Source: Candidatus Eiseniibacteriota bacterium (GTDB lineage Bacteria; Eisenbacteria; RBG-16-71-46; JABDJR01). From it: a stretch of DNA of 64,000 nucleotides. Below the pieces are notes generated by a model. It ran no database searches, had not been told where the DNA came from, and saw nothing but the letters and a program-made list of their open reading frames with translations. Numbering within the stretch: the first letter of the stretch is position 1; every line of letters begins with the position of its first letter. This document shows positions 10,606 to 20,212 of the stretch, one piece after another. The position numbers and the translations under genes were made by a program. The stretch is taken from positions 768,001 to 832,000 of the forward strand of contig CAWANH010000029.1 of the NCBI GenBank assembly GCA_963783375.1, given 5' to 3'.

Positions 10606-11691
10606 CTAGGACGTCACCAACTCGACGGCGTCCCTGAGAAGCCCATCCGGTACACGCGGCCAGACGCTAGCACCGCCCATCTGGAGTGTCAACACGAAGC
10701 GGGTTCTCGAGTCCCGCACCTTCTTGTCCAGCTTGAGCTTGCGCGCTATCGTCCTCTTATCGGCCTCCGGACGGGTGAGCTTGAGGCCCAGCCTGACCAA
10801 GAGATCGTTCTGGCGCTTGCGCACCCCCGGGGCGGTGACCCCCAGCGCCTCCCCCAACCAGGCGGCGCCGTTCATTCCCATGGCCACCGCCTCGCCGTGT
10901 CGGAGACGTCCCAGGGTCTCCGCCTCGAGGGCGTGGCCCAGGGTATGCCCGTAGTTGAGGACCGCTCGCACGTCCTCCTCGCGTTCGTCCCGCCCCACCA
11001 CCTCTCCCTTGGCTTCCACGCAGGCGGTGATCACCTCGATCAGGATCCCGGGGTCGCGGGCCAGGACGCGGCCGGCGCCCTCCTCCAGGGCGGCCATGAG
11101 GTCGGGCCGCAGGGTCACCCCGATCTTCACCGCCTCGGCCAGGCCCGCCCGGTAGTCGCGGGGGGTCAGGCTGGCCAGAAGCTCCGGATCCGCCGCCACC
11201 AGCGCCGGCTGATGGAAAGCCCCGATCAGGTTCTTCCCTCCCCCGAAGTTCACCCCGGTCTTTCCACCCACCGAGCTGTCCACCTGGGCGATGACCGTGG
11301 TGGGGACATGGACGAGGGGGAGACCTCGGTACAGGGTCGCGGCGGCGAAACCGGCCAGGTCGCCGGTCACCCCGCCCCCCAGAGCCACCACCGGGGTCCA
11401 TCGATCCACTCCGGCGGCGAGAAGCGCCTCGTACAGGACCCGGACCCGCGCCAGGGACTTGGCCCTTTCCCCCGGGGGCACCTCGATCCGCGCGATCACC
11501 TCGACCCCGGCTTCGGCGAACCCCTGCTCGAGCGCCTGCCCGTGGAGTTTCGCCACCTTCCGGTCGGCGACGACCGCCACCCGCCGGGCCTCGAGACGCT
11601 CGCGCACCAGGGCCCCGACCCGGGAAACCAGCCCGGCTTCGATGATCACCGGGTAGGCGGTCTCCCCCACCCGGACTCGCACCAAGGCCAT
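10606..11691 (-). CDS. aroB: 3-dehydroquinate synthase
   Basis: GERAKS, GGGVTGDLAGF, PTTVIAQVDSSVGGKTG, LNYGHTLGHALE, HGEAV. Confidence 0.96.
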   Translation of the reverse strand: MALVRVRVGETAYPVIIEAGLVSRVGALVRERLEARRVAVVADRKVAKLHGQALEQGFAEAGVEVIARIEVPPGERAKSLARVRVLYEALLAAGVDRWTPVVALGGGVTGDLAGFAAATLYRGLPLVHVPTTVIAQVDSSVGGKTGVNFGGGKNLIGAFHQPALVAADPELLASLTPRDYRAGLAEAVKIGVTLRPDLMAALEEGAGRVLARDPGILIEVITACVEAKGEVVGRDEREEDVRAVLNYGHTLGHALEAETLGRLRHGEAVAMGMNGAAWLGEALGVTAPGVRKRQNDLLVRLGLKLTRPEADKRTIARKLKLDKKVRDSRTRFVLTLQMGGASVWPRVPDGLLRDAVELVTS

Positions 11692-11748
11692 CTAGCCCCC
11701 GTCCCGCGCCGGGGTGCGCGGCGCCCGGGATCCGCCGGCCCGCCTCAT

Positions 11749-12795
11749 CTAGCGGACCACCTCGAAGGTGTGAAGGATGGAATCCACCTGCCGGAGGATG
11801 GGCACCTTGTCCTGCCCTGGGGCGAAGACCTGGCCGATCAGGAGATAGGAGCGATCCCCGCGCTGGAGGGCGTAGGCCACGAACGGACCTCCGATCACGT
11901 ACTTCTCGTTCTGCCAGATGCCGCCCCAGCGCACCGCCGGCCGTCCCTGGAACTGCACCGTCCGGCTCCGGGTGAGCGACGGCATGAAGAAATCGCCGTC
12001 GTTGTAGACCTCGAGAATGTCGGAGAGCACCGAGTCCCAGGCGGCGGGAACGAGCGGAACCTTTTCGTCGACCCAGTGGACGAGGACCAGACGCACCGGG
12101 TCGGCGGCGTTGAACTTGACGAAATCGCGCTTGGGGTCCTCGGCGGCGTAGAAGCCGTCGAGGAGGTGAAGGGTCCAGCCGTACTTTCGGGCCACCTCGG
12201 CGGTGAGTTCCGTTTCCTCCCCCAGACCGAACATGGTCTTGGTCAACCCCTCCACCACCGCATCCGAGTATTCGTACCGGAGCTCGGTGGAGTCCGCCCC
12301 GGTGAAGAGGTGCAGGAGGTCGGCATCCGACCACGCCACCGCGAAGAGGGTGGTCTGTCCGGTGGCCCACCGGTCCCGGGCCAGGAGCCGGAAGGGGGTC
12401 CGCGCCTTGATCTGGTCCCTTCCCGCCTTTCCCAGCATGCCCGGAAGATCGTGGGCCAGGGCGTCGTCCCGGGACAGATCCACGGCGACGATCTGGTTCT
12501 TCACGTACTTGTAGGTGACGAAGCGGTCGTAGGGCGGAAAGTCGAGACGGAAGGCGGGTTCGGTCCCGTTGGCCACGGTGGGGCCGGTCTGAACGGGGTA
12601 CTGATAGAGCTGCTCGATGGCGTCCGCCACCGGACCCCGGCGGGAGGTGTTCGTGAGCACCGAGACCTCGTCGTTGGCCCCCACCGCTCCCGGAGGAGTT
12701 CGTTGTCCGCATCCGGACAAGAGAACCAGAATAGTCAGGAAGAGCGCGCCGGTCCGCGGCGCGGTCGTCGCGCCGCCGCGGGTGATGATGTTCAT
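11749..12795 (-). CDS. Lipoprotein, DUF4837-like
   Basis: Lipobox LLSGC. C-terminal GIWQNEKYVIGGPFVAY...VFAPGQDKVPILRQVDSILHTF resembles the Bacteroidota DUF4837 pattern as I recall it. Confidence 0.6.
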   Translation of the reverse strand: MNIITRGGATTAPRTGALFLTILVLLSGCGQRTPPGAVGANDEVSVLTNTSRRGPVADAIEQLYQYPVQTGPTVANGTEPAFRLDFPPYDRFVTYKYVKNQIVAVDLSRDDALAHDLPGMLGKAGRDQIKARTPFRLLARDRWATGQTTLFAVAWSDADLLHLFTGADSTELRYEYSDAVVEGLTKTMFGLGEETELTAEVARKYGWTLHLLDGFYAAEDPKRDFVKFNAADPVRLVLVHWVDEKVPLVPAAWDSVLSDILEVYNDGDFFMPSLTRSRTVQFQGRPAVRWGGIWQNEKYVIGGPFVAYALQRGDRSYLLIGQVFAPGQDKVPILRQVDSILHTFEVVR

Positions 12796-12810
12796 GGGGG
12801 GATTATAGGC

Positions 12811-13998
12811 TCAGCGAACGGCGGGGGCGACCCCGGCTCCGGCCCCGCCCCGGCTGCTCAGGGAGGCGTCCATCTCCGGGGTCCAGGGAACGTCGGGGGC
12901 CTGCTCCACGTCCGCATAGACCGTGGTCCGGGTGCCGCGGCGGAGGAAGCGGATGGGAATGTGCGATCCAGGGACGGTGGCCGCCACCAGGAATGAGAGG
13001 TCCTCGGGACTCTGCACGCGGGCTCCGGCATAGTCGAGGATCACGTCTCCGGGGAGAAGGCCCGCGCTGGCCGCCGGTCCCCCCTCCACCAGGCGATGGA
13101 CGATCACCCCGCGGAGCTCGCGACCCCGCGGGTGCGCCGACTCCCTCAGCTCGACCTGCACGCCGAGATAGCCGCGTTCCACGTAGCCGAGACGGATCAG
13201 CTCACGCGCGGTCTCCATGGCGTGGCCCGCGGGAAGGGCGACGGTGGCCGCGGCCGGAGAGGCGGTGGCGATTCGCCCCCGGTAGAGGAACCCGGCCACC
13301 ATGTCGGCGCCCGCGGGCACCATGGCCCGGCTCGGCTCCATCTCCACCCGACCGGAAATGAGACCCACCATCTCGCCCTCGCCGTTCAGGAGCGCGCCTC
13401 CGGTGATTCCGGGATAGACCGGGGCGGAGACCTGAACCATCTCCACGTCGCTATACCCCAGGTTGGGTCCCTGGACCAGGATCACCGACCCGAAGCTGGC
13501 GGTGGGGGCGCCCGGCGGACCCATCCCCAGCGCCACCACGAGGTCGCCGGGGAAGAGCAGGGCGTCCTCGGCCACCGGAATGGCGGGTAGGCTCAGACCC
13601 GGGCTCTCCAGGACCGCCAGATTGGTGCGTCGGTCCACGCCCAGGACCCTGGCCGGCAGGGTATCGCCGTCGGCCGCGGTGACCAGGACCTCCCGGGCCG
13701 GTCCCACCACCCCGGCACAGGTGAGGATGCGACCCCCGCCGAGGGATACTCCGGAGCCGATGATGCGGGGGCGGGTGCGTCCAATGGGGGCTCCGGAGGG
13801 ATCCTCGGTGGCACGGATCACCCGCACCAGGTAGGGCGAGGCCCCGTTCGCCACCCGGGTGACCCCGGCGGCGAGATCGGAGAAGCCCGTCCGCCCGCGG
13901 GACTCGCGCGGAACCCCGGAGCCGGCGGGACCGGCGTCGGCCACGCTCACCCGGATCGCGAGAACCGCGACCAGACCGAACCCTACCCAGCCGCGCAT
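12811..13998 (-). CDS. HtrA/DegP-like trypsin-fold + PDZ protein with a degenerate catalytic triad
   Basis: Signal peptide; GSGV...ILTCAGVV, DRRTNLAVL, PGITGGALLN; RGYLGVQ...GPAASAGLLPGDVI PDZ domain. Confidence 0.85.
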   Translation of the reverse strand: MRGWVGFGLVAVLAIRVSVADAGPAGSGVPRESRGRTGFSDLAAGVTRVANGASPYLVRVIRATEDPSGAPIGRTRPRIIGSGVSLGGGRILTCAGVVGPAREVLVTAADGDTLPARVLGVDRRTNLAVLESPGLSLPAIPVAEDALLFPGDLVVALGMGPPGAPTASFGSVILVQGPNLGYSDVEMVQVSAPVYPGITGGALLNGEGEMVGLISGRVEMEPSRAMVPAGADMVAGFLYRGRIATASPAAATVALPAGHAMETARELIRLGYVERGYLGVQVELRESAHPRGRELRGVIVHRLVEGGPAASAGLLPGDVILDYAGARVQSPEDLSFLVAATVPGSHIPIRFLRRGTRTTVYADVEQAPDVPWTPEMDASLSSRGGAGAGVAPAVR

Positions 13999-14660
13999 CA
14001 GAACGTCACCACCACCTTGGCGGTGGGGTCGCTCCCCACGCGGGTGAGCACGGCGTCACCGCCCCCGGGGGGCTCCCGGAGGACCCAGTCCTCGAGGGCG
14101 TAGCTGTCTTGGGCCATCCCCAGCGACTGCTCCGGACCCTCGGCCTCGGTGTCGATGCCCGGATAGAGATCGGAAATGGTGGCCACCGGAGGGGTGGGCC
14201 CGAAGTCCACCGGTTGGGAGGCGGTCGCGCCGGGATTCCCGGCCGCGAGTTCGGGTGCGGGAGCCGCGGTCACGGCCCGATCGGCCCGGGTCGGACCGGT
14301 TCGAGGCTCCGGCGAACGGAACTGGGAGATCCCGAGGAAGGCCACGGCCAGGGCCGCGGCGGCGGCCAGGGGGACCCCCCACCACGCGGCGCGCCGGGAA
14401 GGCAGTGGCACCACCGGCACTTCGAGCCCGGCGGCGGGGAGGCCGTTCACCTCGGCGAGAACGCGCTGGGTGAAGTCCCCCGAGACCCGGGGGCCGGGAA
14501 CCCGGGAGAGCCGGACGAGGAGCGCCTCCATCCCGCTCACCTGGTCGCGGCAACGGGGGCAGACCGTGAGGTGGCCGTCGATGAAGCGGGTTTCAGCCGG
14601 GCTGGTTTCGGACTCGATATAGGCGGACAGGAGGGAATCGACGCGTTGGCAAGGTTTCAT
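13998..14660 (-). CDS. Zinc-binding (zf-HC2/ZAS) transmembrane anti-sigma factor
   Basis: C...LSAYIE...HLTVCPRC (HxxxCxxC), one TM helix (WWGVPLAAAAALAVAFLGI), directly downstream of an ECF sigma; AGGAG RBS before ATG 14660. Confidence 0.88.
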   Translation of the reverse strand: MKPCQRVDSLLSAYIESETSPAETRFIDGHLTVCPRCRDQVSGMEALLVRLSRVPGPRVSGDFTQRVLAEVNGLPAAGLEVPVVPLPSRRAAWWGVPLAAAAALAVAFLGISQFRSPEPRTGPTRADRAVTAAPAPELAAGNPGATASQPVDFGPTPPVATISDLYPGIDTEAEGPEQSLGMAQDSYALEDWVLREPPGGGDAVLTRVGSDPTAKVVVTF

Positions 14661-14698
14661 TCCGAGGCTCCTAGATCGTCCAGCGGCCCGCCGCCGGA

Positions 14699-15316
14699 TC
14701 ACAGCTCCGATTTCGCAATGGTCTTGAGCTTCTCCTTGAGCATGAGACGGGCCCGATTGATCCGGGAGCGCACCGTACCTCCCGGGATGTCCAGGATGTC
14801 TCCGATCTCCTCGTAGGAGAGACCTTCCAGGTCCCGGAGGATCAGCGCTTCCCGGTAGACGTCGGGCAGGCGCGCGATCGCCTTGCCCACCATCCGGCCC
14901 GTTTGATCCTGTTCCACCCGCCGATCGGTCCCGATCTGCTCGTCGTCCCGGAGCAGGGGCTCCACGGAGCCCATGACCTCGGTCAGATGGTCCAGGCTCA
15001 GAACGTTCCGCAGCCGCACCTTCCGGCGAATCTCGTTCTTGGCCAGATTCACCGCAATGGTGAAGATCCAGGTCGAGAACTTCCCGGTCTTCCGGTACCG
15101 CTCACGATGCAGATAGACCCGGACGAAGGCCTCCTGCGCGAGGTCCTCGGCCCGTTGGAAATCCCGGATGTACCGGTAGATCACGTTCTGCAGGCGGTTC
15201 TTGTAGCGATCGACGACGCAGGCGAAGGCCGTCTCGCTACCCGCCACCACGTGATCCATGAGGTCCTCATCCGAGAGGTCCTGGTAGAAGGCTCGGCTTT
15301 CCAGAGGCGCCTCCAT
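14699..15316 (-). CDS. ECF-family RNA polymerase sigma factor (RpoE/SigW-like)
   Basis: AEDLAQEAFVRVY, KFSTWIFTIAVNLAKN, LRDLEGLSYEEIGDILDIPGGTVRSRINRAR. Start uncertain (15316 or up to 15403). Confidence 0.93.
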   Translation of the reverse strand: MEAPLESRAFYQDLSDEDLMDHVVAGSETAFACVVDRYKNRLQNVIYRYIRDFQRAEDLAQEAFVRVYLHRERYRKTGKFSTWIFTIAVNLAKNEIRRKVRLRNVLSLDHLTEVMGSVEPLLRDDEQIGTDRRVEQDQTGRMVGKAIARLPDVYREALILRDLEGLSYEEIGDILDIPGGTVRSRINRARLMLKEKLKTIAKSEL

Positions 15317-15464
15317 CCAATCTCGCGGTACCTCGGGGCGTTCTACCCCGAGGGCCGGAAACGGTTCCCGGAGAGGGGAAAAGCGCATTTGAGGGGAACA
15401 CAAACCCCATGGGGGAGGTTATCATAGGCACGGGGTCGTCCGCCCACCCCCCCGGAGGTGTAAG

Positions 15465-16130
15465 TTGAAATTTTCCAGTCAGTTGACGTTAAGGCTCCCC
15501 GTGGCGGTCGCGGCCGCCGTGTTCCTGGCCGGGTGCTACACCGTGCTCAAGCACCCCACCACGGACCTCACCGCCGCTGACACCCACGGCGGCGACTACC
15601 GCTATTCGGATTGCGCCTCCTGCCATTCCGAGGGGTTCTCCCAGCCTCTCGTACCTGATCCCTACGGCTACACCAGTTCCTGGTATTTCCCCTACTACGG
15701 CCGACCGTGGTGGCTTCCCTACTACGATCCCGAGCCCGGCGCCCCCGGGGGCCGGTGGTCGGGGGGATCCGGCGGCGGATCCCGGACCGGGATCGCCACC
15801 GGGGACGACGAGCGGCACGTGGGAGGCCGGGGCGGCGTGCGCGCGGGCGGGGTTCCGAGCCGCCCGCCGGTCTACAATCCCGCCCCCGGAGGCGGCGGAT
15901 CCGCATCGCCCTCGGTGGGCCCGCAGACCCAGGGACTCGGGGAGCACGGACAGAGCCGGGCCGAGACGGGCCAGCAGCCCGGGCGGACCCTGAAGCCGCG
16001 CGCAATCCGCCGGCCCGACGCCACCGCAGCCGCCGCCCGCTCCCTCCACCGGCCAAGAACCAGGACGACGGCAAGAAGCAGGACACGACAAGGCCAAGCC
16101 GAAGGACGACAAACTCAAGGTAGGAGAAAT
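15465..16130 (+). CDS. Lipoprotein with a CxxCH motif and Tyr/Trp-rich segment; 3' end obscured by indels
   Basis: Lipobox FLAGC-YTVLKHP; DCASCH; YGYTSSWYFPYYGRPWWLPYY; low-complexity G/S/P/R tail. Likely ends near 16123-16134, before the RBS AGGAG and ATG at 16131. Confidence 0.6.
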
Positions 16131-17630
16131 ATGACGCGATCGAGTGACCGAGCTTCGCGGGACGAGGGCGGAAGGGCTGGGGTTCGCGCTGGCGCGCGTC
16201 CGGGGCTTTGGCCGTTGCGGGGTGCTCGGCGCTGGGGCTTTCCTGCGCCCGGGAACGGCGCAGGCCCAGGGGTCGGACACTCCGGTCGAGCTGCCGGAGA
16301 CCGACGATCTTCGGCATGGGCGCCCGGGCCATGGGCATGGGCATGGCCTACACCGCGGTGGCCGAGGACGTGACCGCGATGGCCTTCAACCCGGCCGGCC
16401 TCGCCCAGATCCGCAGGATCGAGTTCTCCGCCGGGCTGGCCTACGACGATCTCAGCAGCACCGTCACCCACTTCGCTCGCAACGACACCCCCGATCTCAC
16501 AGACCCGCCTCGACCACGCGGCCATGGCCTACCCGATCCCCACGTACCGGGGAAGCGTGGTCCTGGCGTTCGGTTTCAGCCGCGTGGCCGACTGGACACC
16601 AGCTATTTCCAGGAGGGGTTCGCCCTGCCGATGACCGCCAGGATCGCCGGGTCTCTTCCGAGTGGAGAGACTACCAACGCGAGGGGATGCGTGAACCAGT
16701 GGACGGCGGCCGGGGCCATGGACCTCTCCCCCAACCTGTCGGTCGGGCGCCACGGTGAGCTATCTCACCGGCTCCTCGCACCGAGGACTTCGCTTTGGCC
16801 CAGTACCGCGTCACGGGTACCTCCCTGGATCACTCGGACTCCCTGAGACCCGGAAGACTGGCCGTTCCTCAGACTCCAGGCAAGGCGGAACGAGGAATGA
16901 CTGGATACACAGGATCGTTCGGAATCCTCGGGCACTTCGGACCACGGCGCCGGGTCGGGGCAGCCGTCGGACTTCCCGAAAGCTGAACTACACGGGCACC
17001 GGAGCGACATACATGGAAAACAAGGAGTACGCCCGCGATCTCATTGACCGGGTCGCATTCAGCGACGACATCACGTTGCCTGCTTCCGTACGGGGCGGCG
17101 TCTCCTGGGGAACACACGGCCTGCTGCTGGCTGGCGGCCTCGGCTGGACCGACTACACCCAGATCGACTACGCGGGAAGATTCAGTTGGCTGCCCATGGT
17201 TCAGGACAGCCTTACCCTACAACGCCAAGCCTGTCTATCGTTCCGTAGCGGCCTTCAATCTCGGCGCCGAATACCAGTTCAGTTCAGCCCCGCTCCGGGT
17301 TCGAGCCGGGTTCTTCACCGAGCCCCTACCCTACAAGTTGATCGCCGCAGATCCAGACTACGTCTACCAGCAGGGCAGCCTGGATGAGTCGGTTGTCTAT
17401 CGCGATTACCCGCAAGCGAACATCGTCTCTGATCGGAAGTACTGGACTCTGGGGGCTGGCGTCCTGGTCGAGGGCGCGCTGACCTTGGACGTGGCTTACG
17501 TCCGTGGGAGTTGGGAGCGTGAAACGCCGTCGAACTACAAGAACACCACCGACTACTTTCCAACTGTCCCACTCGGGAGAAGGTGACTGAGGACAGGGTG
17601 TTCGCGACCACCACCTTCCACTTCGAGTAG
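16131..17630 (+). CDS. FadL/OmpP1-like (PorV-related) outer-membrane beta-barrel, broken into several frames (probable sequencing errors)
   Basis: GMGARAMGMGMAYTAVAEDVTAMAFNPAGLA; QWTAAGAMDLSPNLSVG; FNLGAEYQF...LRVRAGF; TLGAGV...TLDVAYVR; terminal strand RVFATTTFHFE* ending at 17630. Confidence 0.7.
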
Positions 17631-17647
17631 CCGGCGAACGGCACCCC

Positions 17648-17682
17648 GAAAGAGCCGCGCCGGTCTCCGGCGCGGCCTTTTC
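17648..17682. terminator. Intrinsic terminator, probably bidirectional
   Basis: GCCGCGCCGG-TCT-CCGGCGCGGC stem (17654-17676) flanked by GAAAGA and CTTTTC, between the convergent barrel gene and rnc. Confidence 0.75.
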
Positions 17683-17796
17683 GTAGTTCCCTGGGACCGA
17701 TCGAATCGGGCCTCGCTTGGGTAGAGTACCCGGGTACGCCAAGCGCGCGGTATGGCTCCGGGCGCGGGGGGCGGCCCGGAGGTCTCCGAAGATCGC

Positions 17797-18558
17797 CTAC
17801 AACAGCCCCAGCCGCTCCAGGGCGTTCTGGGCCGCCGCCTGCTCCGCCCGCTTCTTGTTGGTCCCCTTGCCCAGCCCGAGCTGGTCCCCGCGAACCGTGA
17901 CCTCCACCGTGAACACCTTGCGGTGGTCGGGGCCGGACTCGGACACGATGCGGTAGCGGGGGTAGGTCTTGAAGCGTTCCTGGATGTTCTCCTGCAGCAC
18001 GCTCTTGTAGTTGACGTGGCTCCGGTTTCCCAGGATGTGGTCCACCTCGTCCAGGAGATGGCGGAGGATGAACCGGCGGGAGCAGACCAAGCCGCCGTCC
18101 AGGTACATGGCCCCGATGACCGCCTCGAACCCGTCGGCCAGGATCGAGGCCCGGAAGGACCCCCCCGACTCGCGCTCGGCGTCGCTCAGGAACAGGTAAC
18201 GCCCCAGGTTCAGCCGCTTGGCCTGCTCGGCCAGGACTTCCCGGCTCACCAGGAGCGACTTCATCTTGGTGAGCTCCCCCTCCTGGAGGTCGGGGTAGCG
18301 GTGGTAGAGGAACTCGTTCACCGCGAGCTCGAGAACCGAGTCGCCGAGGAATTCCAGGCGCTCGTTGGACCCGGGAAGGTCGCCGCCGTTGCAGTTGAGG
18401 AAGGACCGGTGGGTCAGCGCCCAGCAGACGAGGTCGGGATCGTTGAAGCGATAGCCGACGTGTCGCTCGAACTCCTCCAGCCCGACCATGAGGGCCGGGT
18501 CGCTGAAGGCACGGGGACGACGACGCTTCAGCCGACGCAGAAGGTCGTGAAGGACCAT
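17797..18558 (-). CDS. rnc: Ribonuclease III
   Basis: ALTHRS, NERLEFLGDSVL, ADGFEAVIGAMYLD, C-terminal dsRBD (KKRAEQAAA). Confidence 0.97.
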   Translation of the reverse strand: MVLHDLLRRLKRRRPRAFSDPALMVGLEEFERHVGYRFNDPDLVCWALTHRSFLNCNGGDLPGSNERLEFLGDSVLELAVNEFLYHRYPDLQEGELTKMKSLLVSREVLAEQAKRLNLGRYLFLSDAERESGGSFRASILADGFEAVIGAMYLDGGLVCSRRFILRHLLDEVDHILGNRSHVNYKSVLQENIQERFKTYPRYRIVSESGPDHRKVFTVEVTVRGDQLGLGKGTNKKRAEQAAAQNALERLGLL

Positions 18559-18600
18559 CTCGGGTTTCCAGGCGAAGCCGGACGCCCGGGCGCTAAAGGC

Positions 18601-19842
18601 CTAGTCGAACCGGCGCACCGCGAGGGTTACGTTGTGTCCGCCGAACCCGAGCGAATTGGAGAGGGCGGCGTGGACCGTGGCCTTGCGGGATTCGTTCGGG
18701 ACACAGTCCAGGTCGCACTCCGGATCCGGATGCTCGTAGTTGATGGTCGGGGGAAGGATCCCGTGCTTCAGAGCCAGCACGGAGGCCACGAACTCGATCC
18801 CGCCGGCGGCACCCAGGAGGTGGCCGGTCATCGATTTGGTGGACCCTAGGGCCAGGGATCGGGCGTGTTCCCCGAACACATTCTTGACGGCGGCGGTTTC
18901 CATCTTGTCGTTCAACGGGGTGGACGTGCCGTGGGCGTTGATGTACCCGACCTCGTCCAGCCCCAGCTTGGCGTCGTCGAGGGCCAGCTTCATGGCCCGC
19001 GCCGCTCCCTCCCCTCCCGGGGCGGGGGCAGTGATGTGATGGGCGTCGGCGGTGAGGCCATAGCCGGCGACGCGGGCGTGGATCGCGGCTCCCCGCTTCC
19101 TGGCCCGCTCTTCCTCCTCGAGGACGACGATCCCGGACCCCTCGCCCATCACGAATCCATCGCGTTCGGCGTCGAAAGGCCGGGAGGCTCGCTCCGGCTG
19201 ATCGTTGCGGGTGGACATCGCCTTCATGGAGCAGAACCCCGCATAGCAGAGTTCGGTCATGGTGGCTTCGGCCCCCCCGCAGATCATGACGTCCGCCTGG
19301 CCGGAGCGAATGGCCTGGAAGGCCTCGCCGATGGCGTGGGCCCCCGAGGCGCAGGCGGACACGGTGGTGAAATTGGGCCCCTTCAGGTTCCAGCGGATGG
19401 AAGCCTGACCCGAGGCCATGTTGGCGATCATCATGGGGATGAAGAATGGGCTGACCCGACCCGGTCCCTTCTCCATCATGATCCGGAGCTGGCTTTCGAA
19501 GGTGATGATGCCTCCGATCCCCGTACCGATGAGAGCGCCCGCGCGCTCCGGCTCCGGAGGGGCCGCATCCAGCCCCGCGTCGGTCATCGCCTGATGGACC
19601 GCGGCCATCGCGTACTGGACGAAGAGGTCCGTTCGCCGGGCTTCCTTGGCGTCCATGTACGGAGACACGTCGAAGTTCTTCACCTCCCCACCCATGCGGG
19701 TGCTCAGCTGGGAAGGATCGAACCGCTCGAGGGTTCTGATACCGTTACGGCCCGCGACGAGACCCTCCCAGAACTCGGCAGTGGTATTGCCGATGGGAGT
19801 GACCGTTCCCAGACCGGTGACTACGACGTTTCGTTCCATCAT
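18601..19842 (-). CDS. fabF: 3-oxoacyl-ACP synthase II
   Basis: VSACASG, DGFVMGEG, INAHGTST, KSMTGHLLGAAG, SNSLGFGGHN. Confidence 0.97.
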   Translation of the reverse strand: MMERNVVVTGLGTVTPIGNTTAEFWEGLVAGRNGIRTLERFDPSQLSTRMGGEVKNFDVSPYMDAKEARRTDLFVQYAMAAVHQAMTDAGLDAAPPEPERAGALIGTGIGGIITFESQLRIMMEKGPGRVSPFFIPMMIANMASGQASIRWNLKGPNFTTVSACASGAHAIGEAFQAIRSGQADVMICGGAEATMTELCYAGFCSMKAMSTRNDQPERASRPFDAERDGFVMGEGSGIVVLEEEERARKRGAAIHARVAGYGLTADAHHITAPAPGGEGAARAMKLALDDAKLGLDEVGYINAHGTSTPLNDKMETAAVKNVFGEHARSLALGSTKSMTGHLLGAAGGIEFVASVLALKHGILPPTINYEHPDPECDLDCVPNESRKATVHAALSNSLGFGGHNVTLAVRRFD

Positions 19843-19908
19843 GACTTATCGGATGAATCGGTCGGGCCGCCGGAGGGGCCGGCGCGCCGAACCTTGGTCG
19901 GTTTGAAG

Positions 19909-20145
19909 CTACTTCACGTTTTCTTTGAGGTAGTTCATCGAATCCCCGACGGTGACCATCTTCTCAGCGTCCTCGTCCGGGATCTCGACGTTGAACTCCT
20001 CCTCCAGAGCCATGATCAGCTCGACCGTATCCAGGGAATCCGCGCCCAGATCGTCGATGAAACGGGCTTCGGGCTTCACCTGGTCGGCGGAGACCCCAAG
20101 CTGCTCGACGATGATTTCCCTGACGCGATCCTCATTGTAGGCCAT
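19909..20145 (-). CDS. acpP: Acyl carrier protein
   Basis: [21 protein letters not shown]. Confidence 0.98.
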   Translation of the reverse strand: MAYNEDRVREIIVEQLGVSADQVKPEARFIDDLGADSLDTVELIMALEEEFNVEIPDEDAEKMVTVGDSMNYLKENVK

Positions 20146-20212
20146 TCCAGATCTCCTCCATCGTTGGATATTCCGGGGTTCAAATTCTCCCCCCGATCAG
20201 GGGACGGGAAGG

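Noticed and set aside
15900-17630. Genuine pseudogenisation or programmed multi-frameshifting of the FadL-like gene
   Set aside because: Dense small indels with otherwise intact motifs, RBS and terminator fit a low-quality consensus better than decay; this cannot be resolved without reads.
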